A stretch of 64,000 nt of DNA from a virus (taxonomy: Duplodnaviria; Caudoviricetes). This document shows positions 1 through 9,433 of this stretch, in pieces (position 1 is the first letter of the stretch; every line of letters starts with the position of its first letter). Location: IMG/VR virus record IMGVR_UViG_3300014205_000173, one strand, 5' to 3'. Position numbers and translations under genes: made by a program. Below the pieces are notes generated by a model, which saw nothing but the letters and a program-made list of their open reading frames with translations, was not told the origin of the DNA and did not search any database.

Positions 1-44
1 TCAACACAAAGTTCATTTTCAAAATTAATTGTAAGCTTAACCAT
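1..44 (-). CDS. 5' end of a gene running off the window (MVKLTINFENELCV...)
   Basis: ATG at 44 with GGAG SD upstream and a GGCC-box promoter at 63-102. Confidence 0.55.
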   Translation of the reverse strand, partial: MVKLTINFENELCV

Positions 45-62
45 TTTCGAATTTCTCCTAAA

Positions 63-102
63 TATTTACAGTTCCTTTAACAATAGGACAAAAAACATGG
101 CC
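63..102 (-). promoter_or_regulatory. sigma70-like promoter with upstream GGCC box
   Basis: TTGGCC-N7-TTGTCC-N17-TAAATA on minus strand. Confidence 0.5.
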
Positions 103-160
103 AAATCAGTAAAGGTATCTGTAAGAGCAATTCGAAGAATTTCTTAAAACTCCTTTATTT

Positions 161-787
161 TTATATCTTATCAAAAAAGTTATTTGCTATTGGAATATCT
201 ATTTTTTTAGACTCTCCAATATTCAAGCAAATAAATCTACATCCATTCATCTCACAATCTATTGATTGATGATGGTGTCCAAAAATCCAAAGTTTTGGTT
301 TGAAACGATTAAAAATTACCTCTAAAGCTTTGTTGCTTGAGGCAAAGTTTTCATATACTTTATAAACTATTTCTTTTAATAAGAAATATGGACAATCATG
401 GGCTACTACAACTTCAATTTTCTTTTTAATATTTAAAATATTTTCAACTTGTTTTTGTGTTATTTCTTCTTCAGGAAACCAATCTCTACCTGCCAACCTA
501 AGTCTTTTATCAATAGAACCAGCCCCTCCAATAAACAAAACATTACCTGAAACATATCCACGAGGAATGTAGGTTAAATTTTTAACTATTTCATATGGTT
601 CTTTTGCGTCTGGATTTAATGCCGGGAAGCATTCATGATTTCCATCAATAAAAAAATGATTGCCACTATTAAATGTCCACTTAGAATAGTCTACTAAACA
701 CAAATCTCCAATTTGAATTGTGTTTTTTGTAAATCTTTTTTTAAAACATAAATCACAATGAACATCACCAAGAAATCTAACTTTCAT
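161..787 (-). CDS. calcineurin-like metallophosphoesterase
   Basis: motifs GDVH, IGD, GNHE, AHDCP, GHHH. Confidence 0.9.
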   Translation of the reverse strand: MKVRFLGDVHCDLCFKKRFTKNTIQIGDLCLVDYSKWTFNSGNHFFIDGNHECFPALNPDAKEPYEIVKNLTYIPRGYVSGNVLFIGGAGSIDKRLRLAGRDWFPEEEITQKQVENILNIKKKIEVVVAHDCPYFLLKEIVYKVYENFASSNKALEVIFNRFKPKLWIFGHHHQSIDCEMNGCRFICLNIGESKKIDIPIANNFFDKI

Positions 788-807
788 ATATTTTCCTATT
801 AATATTT

Positions 808-1143
808 TTATTCTATATCTTCACATGTTTCAATGCTTCTGAATCCAGAAAATCTTTCAACCCTAATATCAAGATCCGCATAGAATATTTCATTCTTTAT
901 ATTTGTACAAAGCAAATATTCTTTTTTATAAAATTGAATTGGTTCTTGCTTACTTTCTAAAATAAATTTCCAAATTAAAGTCTTTATATATTTTGGACGA
1001 TATTTTAAACTAAAAATATTTGAAAGACAATTTTCAGAAAAAGAAAATGCAAGAGACTCATTAAGTGTTGAAAAAACAAACCTCTTTTTTATCTCTTTAT
1101 TATAATGAATCTCTTCTTCTACTACATAACAAAACTCATTCAT
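808..1143 (-). CDS. hypothetical protein (start probably MNEFCY at 1143)
   Basis: ORF; ATG overlaps stop of the upstream gene. Confidence 0.6.
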   Translation of the reverse strand: MNEFCYVVEEEIHYNKEIKKRFVFSTLNESLAFSFSENCLSNIFSLKYRPKYIKTLIWKFILESKQEPIQFYKKEYLLCTNIKNEIFYADLDIRVERFSGFRSIETCEDIE

Positions 1144-1406
1144 TTTTTTATTTTTCCAGAGGAAAATAAATATGCAATAATTATTATCAATAACGAAATT
1201 AACGGCCAAAAAACCAACATAAAAGATAGGTTTAAAATAGAATAAAATATATTTCCATTTCTTTCCCTATCAAAACCATTTTTAGATAAATTGTTAACCC
1301 CAACACAATCAATTAGTGTTGAAATAGAAACTAACAAAAATGCCAGTCCAGTAAAGAACCAACAGCTCCAAAAAACTATTATGAAGTTTAAAAATTCCTG
1401 ATTCAT
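1140..1406 (-). CDS. small two-TM membrane protein
   Basis: two hydrophobic stretches, FWP motif. Confidence 0.7.
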   Translation of the reverse strand: MNQEFLNFIIVFWSCWFFTGLAFLLVSISTLIDCVGVNNLSKNGFDRERNGNIFYSILNLSFMLVFWPLISLLIIIIAYLFSSGKIKK

Positions 1407-1411
1407 TATGC

Positions 1412-2008
1412 TCAGATTTCTAGAAAGTCAAAAATATTACCTTCATTGACATTCTTTAAATTTTCTTCTTTACACTTTTCATTATCTAAAACATTTAGGT
1501 CTTTAATTAAATAACTATATTTTTTAGGAACATTTCTTCCCTTACCTACCCATAAATTCAATGCGATTCTGGTTAAAAAAGAATCTATTATTTCATTAAC
1601 TACCCTTTCAAGCCCAATTTCAAACTCTCCCGGATAAGTTTGAAAGGTTTGAATACGAAAAAGATAATCATTATAATTAGATACATATGCATCATATATT
1701 ATATTTAATGTTATAGTCGGAATATATGATTCTGTTTTATAGTAACCATTCTTAAAATAATAGAAACTTTTTCCTAATGATTTTATTAAATTATCTAAAC
1801 ATCGAAATATACTTGCGTCAAAAACAATATCAGCATCACGATAAATTTCTTTTTTATTTAAAATAAAAAGTTTTTCAAATGCGCCTTCTATTTCTAATAA
1901 TTTTTGATAGTCTGTATTCTGATTTAAAAATATTGATTGAAAATCATTATATGCATTTGAAAAAATAATTTTTTGATCAGGATCATATATTTTTTCTTTA
2001 AGAGTCAT
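1412..2008 (-). CDS. hypothetical protein, tandem paralog A, C-terminal FDFLEI
   Basis: shares IFSNAYNxF, FExLFILN, ALNLWVxxGRxVP and FDFLEI with 2027..2626. Confidence 0.75.
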   Translation of the reverse strand: MTLKEKIYDPDQKIIFSNAYNDFQSIFLNQNTDYQKLLEIEGAFEKLFILNKKEIYRDADIVFDASIFRCLDNLIKSLGKSFYYFKNGYYKTESYIPTITLNIIYDAYVSNYNDYLFRIQTFQTYPGEFEIGLERVVNEIIDSFLTRIALNLWVGKGRNVPKKYSYLIKDLNVLDNEKCKEENLKNVNEGNIFDFLEI

Positions 2009-2026
2009 ATTTAACTTCCTAAAACT

Positions 2027-2626
2027 TTAAATTTCTAAAAAGTCAAAATCATTAACATCATCATCTTTTTTCTGTACTTTATCAATATTTTTGTCTAACA
2101 TTTCTATATTGTTATCAATTAAATGGAGATATTCCGAGGGAACACTTCTTCCTGCTTTAACCCACAAATTCAAAGCAACTTTTAATAAAAAAAAGTCTTT
2201 TTTATTATGGAACACTTCTTCATCGGCAAAATTTATTTCAGGATAAAGATCCCTTGAGGTAAAAAAAACACCTTTAACATAATCATAAGCGGAATATAAA
2301 TTATAAATGGTAACAACTGGATTGTCATAATCGCTATCATAATATCCATTATCTAAACAATTCCATAACCATTCTTTAAGACCATCCAATGATGGAAATG
2401 AATGCACATTAACCATATCATGAACAACTTCACTGTCCTCATAAATTTGATTTTGATTTAAAATAAAAAGGTTTTCAAAAACCTCTATAGCCCTAATTTC
2501 CTTTTTATAAATATCTGAAGTTGTTTCTTCAAAAAAAACTTTTTCAAACTCATTATAGGCATTTGAAAAAATGTTTCTTTGAACTATATCAAGCCCCAAC
2601 TCATCTAAAGCCGATTGACTAATCAT
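2027..2626 (-). CDS. hypothetical protein, tandem paralog B, C-terminal FDFLEI
   Basis: paralog of 1412..2008. Confidence 0.75.
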   Translation of the reverse strand: MISQSALDELGLDIVQRNIFSNAYNEFEKVFFEETTSDIYKKEIRAIEVFENLFILNQNQIYEDSEVVHDMVNVHSFPSLDGLKEWLWNCLDNGYYDSDYDNPVVTIYNLYSAYDYVKGVFFTSRDLYPEINFADEEVFHNKKDFFLLKVALNLWVKAGRSVPSEYLHLIDNNIEMLDKNIDKVQKKDDDVNDFDFLEI

Positions 2627-2673
2627 TTATTATTCCAATCATAATACTCAATTAAAATCCAATCTTAGTAACA

Positions 2674-3222
2674 TTAATATTTTACAGAATAGCCATCAGA
2701 GCATTCTTTTTTAATTAATTTATTAGTTTCATTATACTCACATTTTTCCCAATAACCAGTAGAATCTTCAAATTTAATTCTATTTTTGTTTTCATCATAT
2801 TCGTATTTTGACCAACAACCATCAGAATCTTCTCTTTTAATTAAATTACTTTCTTCATCATATTCATACTTTTCCCAATAACCATCAACCATTAAATATT
2901 CACTAAGCTTACCGTTACTATTAAACTCATATTTTTTACCGTTTTTTTCTAATTTTAAATTAGAAAGATTAACCTCTTCTAATATTTTTAGTTTGTTAGC
3001 TATTGACTTATCATCATTAGTTATAGTATCTTCCAAAGATTCTACTTTAAAGACTTTAAGATTCTTATTTGGAGGATAATAATTAAATATATCAAATAAA
3101 TCTTGACAAAAATGAAACCCATTTACACACATTACTAATTCACCATTTAAAGTATATGTTTGACCAACCTCATAAAACTGACCTAAACACCAACCATTAT
3201 ATGTAGCCTTATAACCTATCAT
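2674..3222 (-). CDS. MIGYKAT/GFHFC-head (DUF7666-like) protein with 21-aa YD-like repeats, copy 1
   Basis: IGYKAT..C..GFHFC head plus about 4 YEYDExxNxIKxExSxGxWxK repeats. Confidence 0.8.
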   Translation of the reverse strand: MIGYKATYNGWCLGQFYEVGQTYTLNGELVMCVNGFHFCQDLFDIFNYYPPNKNLKVFKVESLEDTITNDDKSIANKLKILEEVNLSNLKLEKNGKKYEFNSNGKLSEYLMVDGYWEKYEYDEESNLIKREDSDGCWSKYEYDENKNRIKFEDSTGYWEKCEYNETNKLIKKECSDGYSVKY

Positions 3223-3247
3223 TATAAATTCCTTATTAAATAAAAAA

Positions 3248-3324
3248 TGGTGGAACAGACCAGAGTTGAACTGGCATTTAAATGAGTGAAGGTCATTTTT
3301 CCTAAACCATTAGAAGACTGTTCC
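3248..3324 (-). tRNA. tRNA-Glu(TTC), atypical C33
   Basis: acceptor GGAACAG/CTGTTCC, anticodon arm AATGA-CCTTCAC-TCATT, T arm GCCAG-TTCAACT-CTGGT, encoded CCA. Confidence 0.85.
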
Positions 3325-3333
3325 ACAAAATAA

Positions 3334-3374
3334 AAACTAAAAAAAATAAGGATTAAAGTCAACTATATTCGGCC
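3334..3374 (-). promoter_or_regulatory. sigma70-like promoter with GGCC box, upstream of tRNA-Glu
   Basis: TTGGCC-N8-TTGACT-N17-TAGTTT. Confidence 0.7.
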
Positions 3375-3790
3375 AATTTCTTAAAAACTCTAGAAACAGT
3401 TTGATGAGTTATCAAAATTGCTCTTTCTAAAGGAACCCAAGCAAAATCATCATGCTCCGGTTTTCCCCTAAATGGACCATCTTCAATATAGGAGATACAT
3501 TGAAGTTGTTCTTTTACCAAATCAATATTTGACTCCAATAAAAATGCTATTAATTCCTTATGTTTCCCATAATACTTAAACTTACCTAAAATAGAAAGAT
3601 CGCCCTCAACCTCCAATAAATTAAGTCCTGTCTCTTCTTTCATTTCACGAAAAGCTGTTTCTAATTCAGATTCACCTTCTATCATATTCCCTTTAGGAAT
3701 ATCCCAACAGGTGTTTTTTGGAGCACCTGTTGGGTGACATAATAAATATAAATTAGAATATTCAACAACTAATCCACAGCTAGTTTGCAT
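3359..3790 (-). CDS. Nudix hydrolase
   Basis: Nudix box PKGNMIEGESELETAFREMKEETGL. Confidence 0.92.
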   Translation of the reverse strand: MQTSCGLVVEYSNLYLLCHPTGAPKNTCWDIPKGNMIEGESELETAFREMKEETGLNLLEVEGDLSILGKFKYYGKHKELIAFLLESNIDLVKEQLQCISYIEDGPFRGKPEHDDFAWVPLERAILITHQTVSRVFKKLAEYS

Positions 3791-3870
3791 AAAAACATTT
3801 CTCCAAGTATCAATAAGATACTATATTATTGGCCAATAAATTCTTAAAACACATTAAGTGTTTCTTAAAT

Positions 3871-4563
3871 TTATTGAACAATCAAATACTTTGGAGGAAT
3901 ACTACCTTTAACACACCACTGAGATCCATATCCGAAATCTCTTTGTTCAACATTAATTTTGTCATATTCAAGCTCTTCCTTATCAACACTAATAACTACA
4001 ATATCGGGATCACCATGTCTTTGAGCAACATTAATTGCTTCTGCCTGATCATCAAATAAATAAACATACTTTCTCTTACCCGATTGAAGTCCATTAGCCA
4101 AAATTGAAGCTACATTCACTCTTGCAGTTGCATGATAAAGCTTTTTGTTTGGCAAATTCAACATACTATTTACTTGCTGTACATTTAAAACAACTGGATC
4201 AGAATCATCATCATAATTATCATAAGTATCAATGCTACTTATACCATTATCTTCATCGTCAGTAATATTTAATAATTCCGTACAAAGAGCTTCATGAATA
4301 CCAACTTCTTTTCTAAGCAAATCTATTTTTTTATCAATTGCTAAATAAATAGTCTCATAAAGTTTTTGCCTAATTTCATCACTTGAAACATTATCCCAAA
4401 TAAAAGCTGGAGATTGTTGGTTATCAAAAATCAACTTCAAAATTAAAACATTATCAACAGAATTATTAAAGGTATCAAAACACGAAGAAATAACAAGGTT
4501 TCGATACTTCTTAAACATCTCTACAAACTTCTTTCTTTTCTTTTGTGACTGATCAAATTTCAT
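3871..4563 (-). CDS. unknown N-terminal domain fused to Tpt1/KptA-like ADP-ribosyltransferase domain
   Basis: LYHAT..VASILANGL...RKYVYL..AINVAQRHG..IPPKYL resembles KptA C-lobe. Confidence 0.7.
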   Translation of the reverse strand: MKFDQSQKKRKKFVEMFKKYRNLVISSCFDTFNNSVDNVLILKLIFDNQQSPAFIWDNVSSDEIRQKLYETIYLAIDKKIDLLRKEVGIHEALCTELLNITDDEDNGISSIDTYDNYDDDSDPVVLNVQQVNSMLNLPNKKLYHATARVNVASILANGLQSGKRKYVYLFDDQAEAINVAQRHGDPDIVVISVDKEELEYDKINVEQRDFGYGSQWCVKGSIPPKYLIVQ

Positions 4564-5134
4564 TTTGATCTCCTTTATTTTTTAGGGTTTCTTTTTCTAA
4601 TTCTTTTTTTAGTTTATCTAATGAGAATGGAGTACACTTTGTTTTTAAGAATGTTTCCATTTCAGACAAAGTAATTTCAGTAAACTCTGCATCTTTTGGA
4701 AATTCCGGATTTTCTCCAACGTAACCAACCACACCACATACAGCTTCATTATTTCCAAAAAATGAATGACTATAACAATAGTTACCATCAAAACACAATC
4801 CCAAACCCAACCTTTCTTCAACATTATCTTCAGAAGGTATTCCTAAACTTTCTAATTCTTTTGAAATACTTTTACCTTCCTTAGTCTTTTTGTTTGGAAC
4901 AAACATTTCACTATTTCTTTTATCTTTTTTCCAAAACTTAGAAAACTCATCAGAAATTTTTGGTAAACCTCCAATTGAAATTTTTCCTAACAACTCTTTT
5001 TCATACCAACTTTCAGAGCCATAAGTCTTAGCAAATAAATACACCTTTTTGTAAGCTTCTTTCTTTAATTCAACATCTCTCTGATAAGCTTCAAGTGTCT
5101 TTGAATCTTCAAATCTAAAATATTTAACTTTCAT
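4553..5134 (-). CDS. hypothetical phage protein
   Basis: ORF with SD; PNKKTKEGKSI motif recurrent in phage proteins. Confidence 0.65.
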   Translation of the reverse strand: MKVKYFRFEDSKTLEAYQRDVELKKEAYKKVYLFAKTYGSESWYEKELLGKISIGGLPKISDEFSKFWKKDKRNSEMFVPNKKTKEGKSISKELESLGIPSEDNVEERLGLGLCFDGNYCYSHSFFGNNEAVCGVVGYVGENPEFPKDAEFTEITLSEMETFLKTKCTPFSLDKLKKELEKETLKNKGDQNEI

Positions 5135-5145
5135 ATAATTTATCC

Positions 5146-6234
5146 TTATGAAATTTTAGCTTTCTCACTAACAACCTTACTAAAATACGTAGAACCAATA
5201 AGATCTAATAGATTTTTTAAAGAGTTTTTATTTTCATCAAACAAAGCTTTATCAATCATCAATGACAAAGTATCATCTAGATTTGTTGATCCTCCACCAC
5301 TTCCTTCTCTTCCACCAAATTCAGGACCAAAAACAGCTTTCATAAAATCATTTGTATCAATAACATCCCCGGTATTTCTAAAGCTTACAGACAATGCTTT
5401 TTTCTGATTCTCTCCGGGATTTATAATAGATATAATACAACAATGTTTGATTGTTTCAATTCTCAATATTTCATCTGCTATTTCGGCAACAAGACTTCTT
5501 TGTTCTGGCAATATAATGCCAGAATTACAAAACGCAATATCTCCTTCCTTCTTTAATGAACTATAAATATTACTTCTCAAACAAATTGTTGAAACTGGTT
5601 TTGGATAATTTATAATTCTAAGATATTTTTCTGGATCAATTTTTTCCATCAATTCATCACGAATTTCTTTATCGGTTTCTGTTGTTCCCTTTTTTCTAAG
5701 GTTATCGGTATCTGAATCAATACCAATAATAAATGCTGTTGCTAGGGTTCTGTTTATTTCAAGACCATAACTCTTTATAAGTTCATAAACTGTTGTTGAA
5801 CAAGACCCATGATTTTTGTTAAAATAAACACCTTCTTCACAACAACCAGAATGATGGTCAATAACTAAATCTCTTGACCTTCCACTAAAAAAACTACCAA
5901 TTCCAGTCATATTTCCAGTTCCTAAAGGATTTGAAGAATCAACAACAATTATCTTACTTCCTTTAGATTTTTCTTCTATAATTTCTGCTTGTTGGCTATT
6001 TGTTTTAATGGCATCTATTTTTAAAACATTGTAGAGGATTCTATTTTGAATATGAGTTAATTCACCATGCCAAAAAATTTGAGAATTATGACCAAAACTT
6101 TCCAGTAAAAATCTAACCCCCATACCACAAGCAAGGGCATCTGGATCTGGATTATCATGTAAAAGAATCGAAAAAGTCAAAGACTTCTTTTTCTTTTTTA
6201 ACTCATCAAAATATTCTACAATTGTTTTATTCAT
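5146..6234 (-). CDS. DHH/DHHA1 phosphoesterase
   Basis: HDNPDPDA, VVD, IDHH, SDT and GGxxxSGGG motifs. Confidence 0.9.
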   Translation of the reverse strand: MNKTIVEYFDELKKKKKSLTFSILLHDNPDPDALACGMGVRFLLESFGHNSQIFWHGELTHIQNRILYNVLKIDAIKTNSQQAEIIEEKSKGSKIIVVDSSNPLGTGNMTGIGSFFSGRSRDLVIDHHSGCCEEGVYFNKNHGSCSTTVYELIKSYGLEINRTLATAFIIGIDSDTDNLRKKGTTETDKEIRDELMEKIDPEKYLRIINYPKPVSTICLRSNIYSSLKKEGDIAFCNSGIILPEQRSLVAEIADEILRIETIKHCCIISIINPGENQKKALSVSFRNTGDVIDTNDFMKAVFGPEFGGREGSGGGSTNLDDTLSLMIDKALFDENKNSLKNLLDLIGSTYFSKVVSEKAKIS

Positions 6235-6266
6235 AGTTTGTTTCCAGTATAAAGTTTTTTTCTATT

Positions 6267-6294
6267 TAAAGAATGGTCTGTAAAGAATGGTCTG
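6267..6294. repeat. 14-bp intergenic tandem direct repeat x2
   Basis: taaagaatggtctg taaagaatggtctg. Confidence 0.8.
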
Positions 6295-6309
6295 TAATGA
6301 CTATTCTAC

Positions 6310-6741
6310 TTAATTCCAATACTGATTCATATACAATTCTATTGGTCTTCTTTCAAATTCAGGATACTTTTTTAATTCTTCTTTAATTTCTTCTAGAATA
6401 CAATTTAGTTTTACATATGAAAATGAAGTTGGCTTCGTATTATAACTATCAATTTTAATTAAATATGCCCCTAAAACATATCTCTTTGCCTTAGAAAAAA
6501 AATCATCAAGAGAATATATCCCAAACTGACCAGAATCAATACCGTAAACTTCTTCTTCAATTATTGGAAGATATTTTTCATTAACATTAAAATCTTCTTT
6601 TTTTCCAAGACCGCATTCAGGACAATGCTTAAAATTTTTATCATATTCATGATTACATTTTGGTATCATTATATTTTCAATAATTTCAGACCTTTTTAAT
6701 TCAACTCCTAAAAACAATTCAGTACAAACTTTGTCTCCCAT
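6310..6741 (-). CDS. hypothetical protein with zinc ribbon
   Basis: CxH...CPECG. Confidence 0.65.
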   Translation of the reverse strand: MGDKVCTELFLGVELKRSEIIENIMIPKCNHEYDKNFKHCPECGLGKKEDFNVNEKYLPIIEEEVYGIDSGQFGIYSLDDFFSKAKRYVLGAYLIKIDSYNTKPTSFSYVKLNCILEEIKEELKKYPEFERRPIELYMNQYWN

Positions 6742-6742
6742 T

Positions 6743-7237
6743 TTATTTTACCTTTTTTAATGAATTCTCTAACTTCTCAATCTTTTTCTTAGCCACTTCC
6801 AATTTCTTTAATCTCTTTTGCTCTTCCCTAATTTCTTTTGCTTCTTCTTCATGCTTAATCTTTAGTTTAGCTTTCTCCATTAAAGAAGGACAAACAGAAT
6901 TGGGATCAATCTTTCTTACAATATAGGCAGTTCCATTTACAAGATTCCTAGCATCACCAATATTTATTTTTTCAGAATTAATATTAGAAATACTACAAGA
7001 ACTAAATCCTCCTACACCACTATTAACAATCATAAAATCTTCTAATTCAACAGGCTTAATTCCATTTGGAAGTTTTTTATAATATCCCAATAAAGACAAT
7101 GTTGTTTCAAGGCTTGATATGTTTTCTCTTAAAAAGTCTTCGGCAGAATCATATGTATTAACATCTAAATTAACATCTTTACCTTCAGGATAATAGGTAT
7201 AGTTCGTATCAACTACAATTATTTTCTTTTCACTCAT
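6743..7237 (-). CDS. hypothetical coiled-coil-tail protein, paralog of 31537..32076
   Basis: shared KIIxV N-terminus, GxxxIxxKxDxxSV and C-terminal KxxExAKK. Confidence 0.65.
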   Translation of the reverse strand: MSEKKIIVVDTNYTYYPEGKDVNLDVNTYDSAEDFLRENISSLETTLSLLGYYKKLPNGIKPVELEDFMIVNSGVGGFSSCSISNINSEKINIGDARNLVNGTAYIVRKIDPNSVCPSLMEKAKLKIKHEEEAKEIREEQKRLKKLEVAKKKIEKLENSLKKVK

Positions 7238-7279
7238 TTTAATTGTCCCTATATTAGTTTTATCATGGTAATTTTAAAG

Positions 7280-8512
7280 CTATCCCATTAATTCTACAAG
7301 ATATTTAATGGTTACTTGATCTGGTTTGTATACAATGAATTCGTCATTTCTAAGATCTGCACCCTTAACGCCATATGCAGAATGAAAATCTCCCTTTTTT
7401 CTCAAAACATTCCAATTTAAATCATAACACCAAGAAGAATGCTTATGGATCAAAAGTTGATTTCCAACATGAAAATCAAACAAAGACATAAAACATCTAC
7501 TAGAAGAACCTTTTGCCCAATAAGAACCCTTTGCACTTGTATAACCATATGATTTACGAGAAAGTGATGCCCCATAAATACCATCACCGTACATCGAACC
7601 TGTATATACTGCACTTGAAGGTCTAATCATAAGACCACTATCAATAATAGACCACCAATTTTCATTTCTAGAACCATGCCAAAACAATTCAGTCTTTTTG
7701 TTTGAGACTGTTGAAACAAAGTTATTAAACTTCTCTTGAGTTCTATTGTTTACAATTTTCCATGCTGACGTAAATTTATCTTTAATTTCACCAAGTTTGC
7801 TTTTAATAACCTTAACGTCATCATCATCTGCAAGAGAAAATTTAATTCCCATTGCATCAAGAATATTTAGATCAGAAGAATCGTCTTGATTTTTTTGAAC
7901 ATTAGAAACGTTAACTTGTCCTCTCATAATATCCAATGACGATTGTTCTTCAACTAATAGCTTGTTCGTAAAATCAAATTTATCTGGACTATTAAAAGTC
8001 CCAAATTGCAAAACTGCCTCTCTTGTATTTGCAATTCTACGAGGAACTGTTGTCCAAAGTTTAATAAGACAATCGTTAAATCTACTTGTTGAAGAATCAT
8101 TTTTAACTAAAGACGAAAGCTCATTTAAAATTAATTGAGCCGTATCAATTTGTTTTTGTGTAACCTGATCTGTTGTTACTGTATAGTTTGCAGCTACAGA
8201 CTTATTTGCGAATGACTGCAAATCACGTACAATTAAAGCAATACTAGAGTCTTTAATCCCAATAAAATCCCTTTTATTGCTAGCAACAACAAATAATTCT
8301 GTTTGATCTTTATATCCCTTTTTTAACTTCTCTCTATACTTACTTTCCCATTCATTCATTGAATATATTTTTTTACTTGAAGTAACTCCTACTCTTCCCC
8401 ATGTAGCTTCCCACTCACTACTATTAAGTTGTTGCATATCATAATATTTATTATTATTATCTAAGGTTACACAAACTAGTTTTTTTGTTTTATATCCAGA
8501 TTTAACGTCCAT
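7280..8512 (-). CDS. PARP-like ADP-ribosyltransferase (WGR + helical regulatory + catalytic domain)
   Basis: NNNKYY..WGRVG..KLKKGY (WGR); FWHGS, GSMYGDGIYGA, SYGY, NDEFIVY (H-Y-E triad). Confidence 0.92.
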   Translation of the reverse strand: MDVKSGYKTKKLVCVTLDNNNKYYDMQQLNSSEWEATWGRVGVTSSKKIYSMNEWESKYREKLKKGYKDQTELFVVASNKRDFIGIKDSSIALIVRDLQSFANKSVAANYTVTTDQVTQKQIDTAQLILNELSSLVKNDSSTSRFNDCLIKLWTTVPRRIANTREAVLQFGTFNSPDKFDFTNKLLVEEQSSLDIMRGQVNVSNVQKNQDDSSDLNILDAMGIKFSLADDDDVKVIKSKLGEIKDKFTSAWKIVNNRTQEKFNNFVSTVSNKKTELFWHGSRNENWWSIIDSGLMIRPSSAVYTGSMYGDGIYGASLSRKSYGYTSAKGSYWAKGSSSRCFMSLFDFHVGNQLLIHKHSSWCYDLNWNVLRKKGDFHSAYGVKGADLRNDEFIVYKPDQVTIKYLVELMG

Positions 8513-8547
8513 AAAAATCTCCTAGATGCTTAGATCAACCTAGATAT

Positions 8548-8587
8548 AGGTTATCACAACCAGCCCTTATGTCAATGGTAGCTGGCC
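8548..8587 (-). promoter_or_regulatory. sigma70-like promoter with GGCC box, upstream of PARP
   Basis: TTGGCC-N8-TTGACA-N16-TAACCT, with TG extended -10. Confidence 0.65.
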
Positions 8588-9424
8588 AAAAATCTCAATT
8601 CCAAATTTCTTTTCTAATTTTTTATCTAACTCAATTAAATAGTCTCCCCCGAATTCTCCATTTTCAAAACAAAAAAGATCTTGACTAAATGGTGCTCCAT
8701 ACTGATTTTTTGAAACGGAAGCACAACCCATTGCTACTGCTGCTACAGAATCAGTATCTCCTGTTAATGCAACAGAATTAATAAGTATGTCTTGAAATGA
8801 ATCACTTTTTTCTAAAACCATTAAAGCTGCCCTAACAACGTGTTCTGCTTTATTTAAAACTTTACCATCCCACCGAACACCCCAATTAATTCCCGGTACT
8901 TTTTCTAAAAGCAAATCTTTAATATCTAACGGGTCTAAGTTGTCATATATAAATCCATGAGAAATCAAAGCAACTGCTTTTGTTGATAAAATTGCAATTT
9001 CTGGAGTATGAGTAATTTTTGCTTGAATTTCTGTTTTTTCTAAAAGTTCATCAATATTTTTTATTAGTCCTAATGGAACTGCCCTCATTACACATCCGCA
9101 ACTATCTCTAGATGGATCAATTTTTTTAAGAAAATCTTCACCATTAGAAACTTCTGTAAATAACTGAAAAAGCCTTTTAGAATATCCAAATCTAGGATCT
9201 CTCTTAAATGTATTAACAAACCTTTCTGACAAACTTTCTGGAGTCCACAAATCATCCTCAAGAAGAGCTTCTGCTATTGCTAAAGACATTTGTGTATCAT
9301 CTGTATAGATACCAACCTCATTAGGATAGTATGATTTTCCACTATTATATTTTTTTATATATTTTTCTTCTGCGAATTCAAATTCACTACCATAAGCATC
9401 ACCAATTGCAATTTCAAGTAACAT
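8567..9424 (-). CDS. ADP-ribosylglycohydrolase (ARH/DraG family)
   Basis: AIGDAYG, YTDDTQM, GCVMRAVP, GDTDSVAA. Confidence 0.93.
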   Translation of the reverse strand: MLLEIAIGDAYGSEFEFAEEKYIKKYNSGKSYYPNEVGIYTDDTQMSLAIAEALLEDDLWTPESLSERFVNTFKRDPRFGYSKRLFQLFTEVSNGEDFLKKIDPSRDSCGCVMRAVPLGLIKNIDELLEKTEIQAKITHTPEIAILSTKAVALISHGFIYDNLDPLDIKDLLLEKVPGINWGVRWDGKVLNKAEHVVRAALMVLEKSDSFQDILINSVALTGDTDSVAAVAMGCASVSKNQYGAPFSQDLFCFENGEFGGDYLIELDKKLEKKFGIEIFGQLPLT

Positions 9425-9433
9425 TAGTATATC

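Noticed and set aside
97-147. Plus-strand micro-ORF MAKSVKVSVRAIRRIS with AGGA upstream
   Set aside because: Only 16 codons and overlaps a minus-strand promoter; no independent support
3281-3297. Reading the 3248 tRNA as a UCA (opal/Sec) suppressor, implying recoding
   Set aside because: Stem register AATGA/TCATT centres TTC; TGA and TAG both terminate intact genes here, so no evidence of an alternative code
6267-6294. 14-bp tandem repeat as a functional array
   Set aside because: Only two copies with no spacer and no recurrence noticed; likely a slippage duplication
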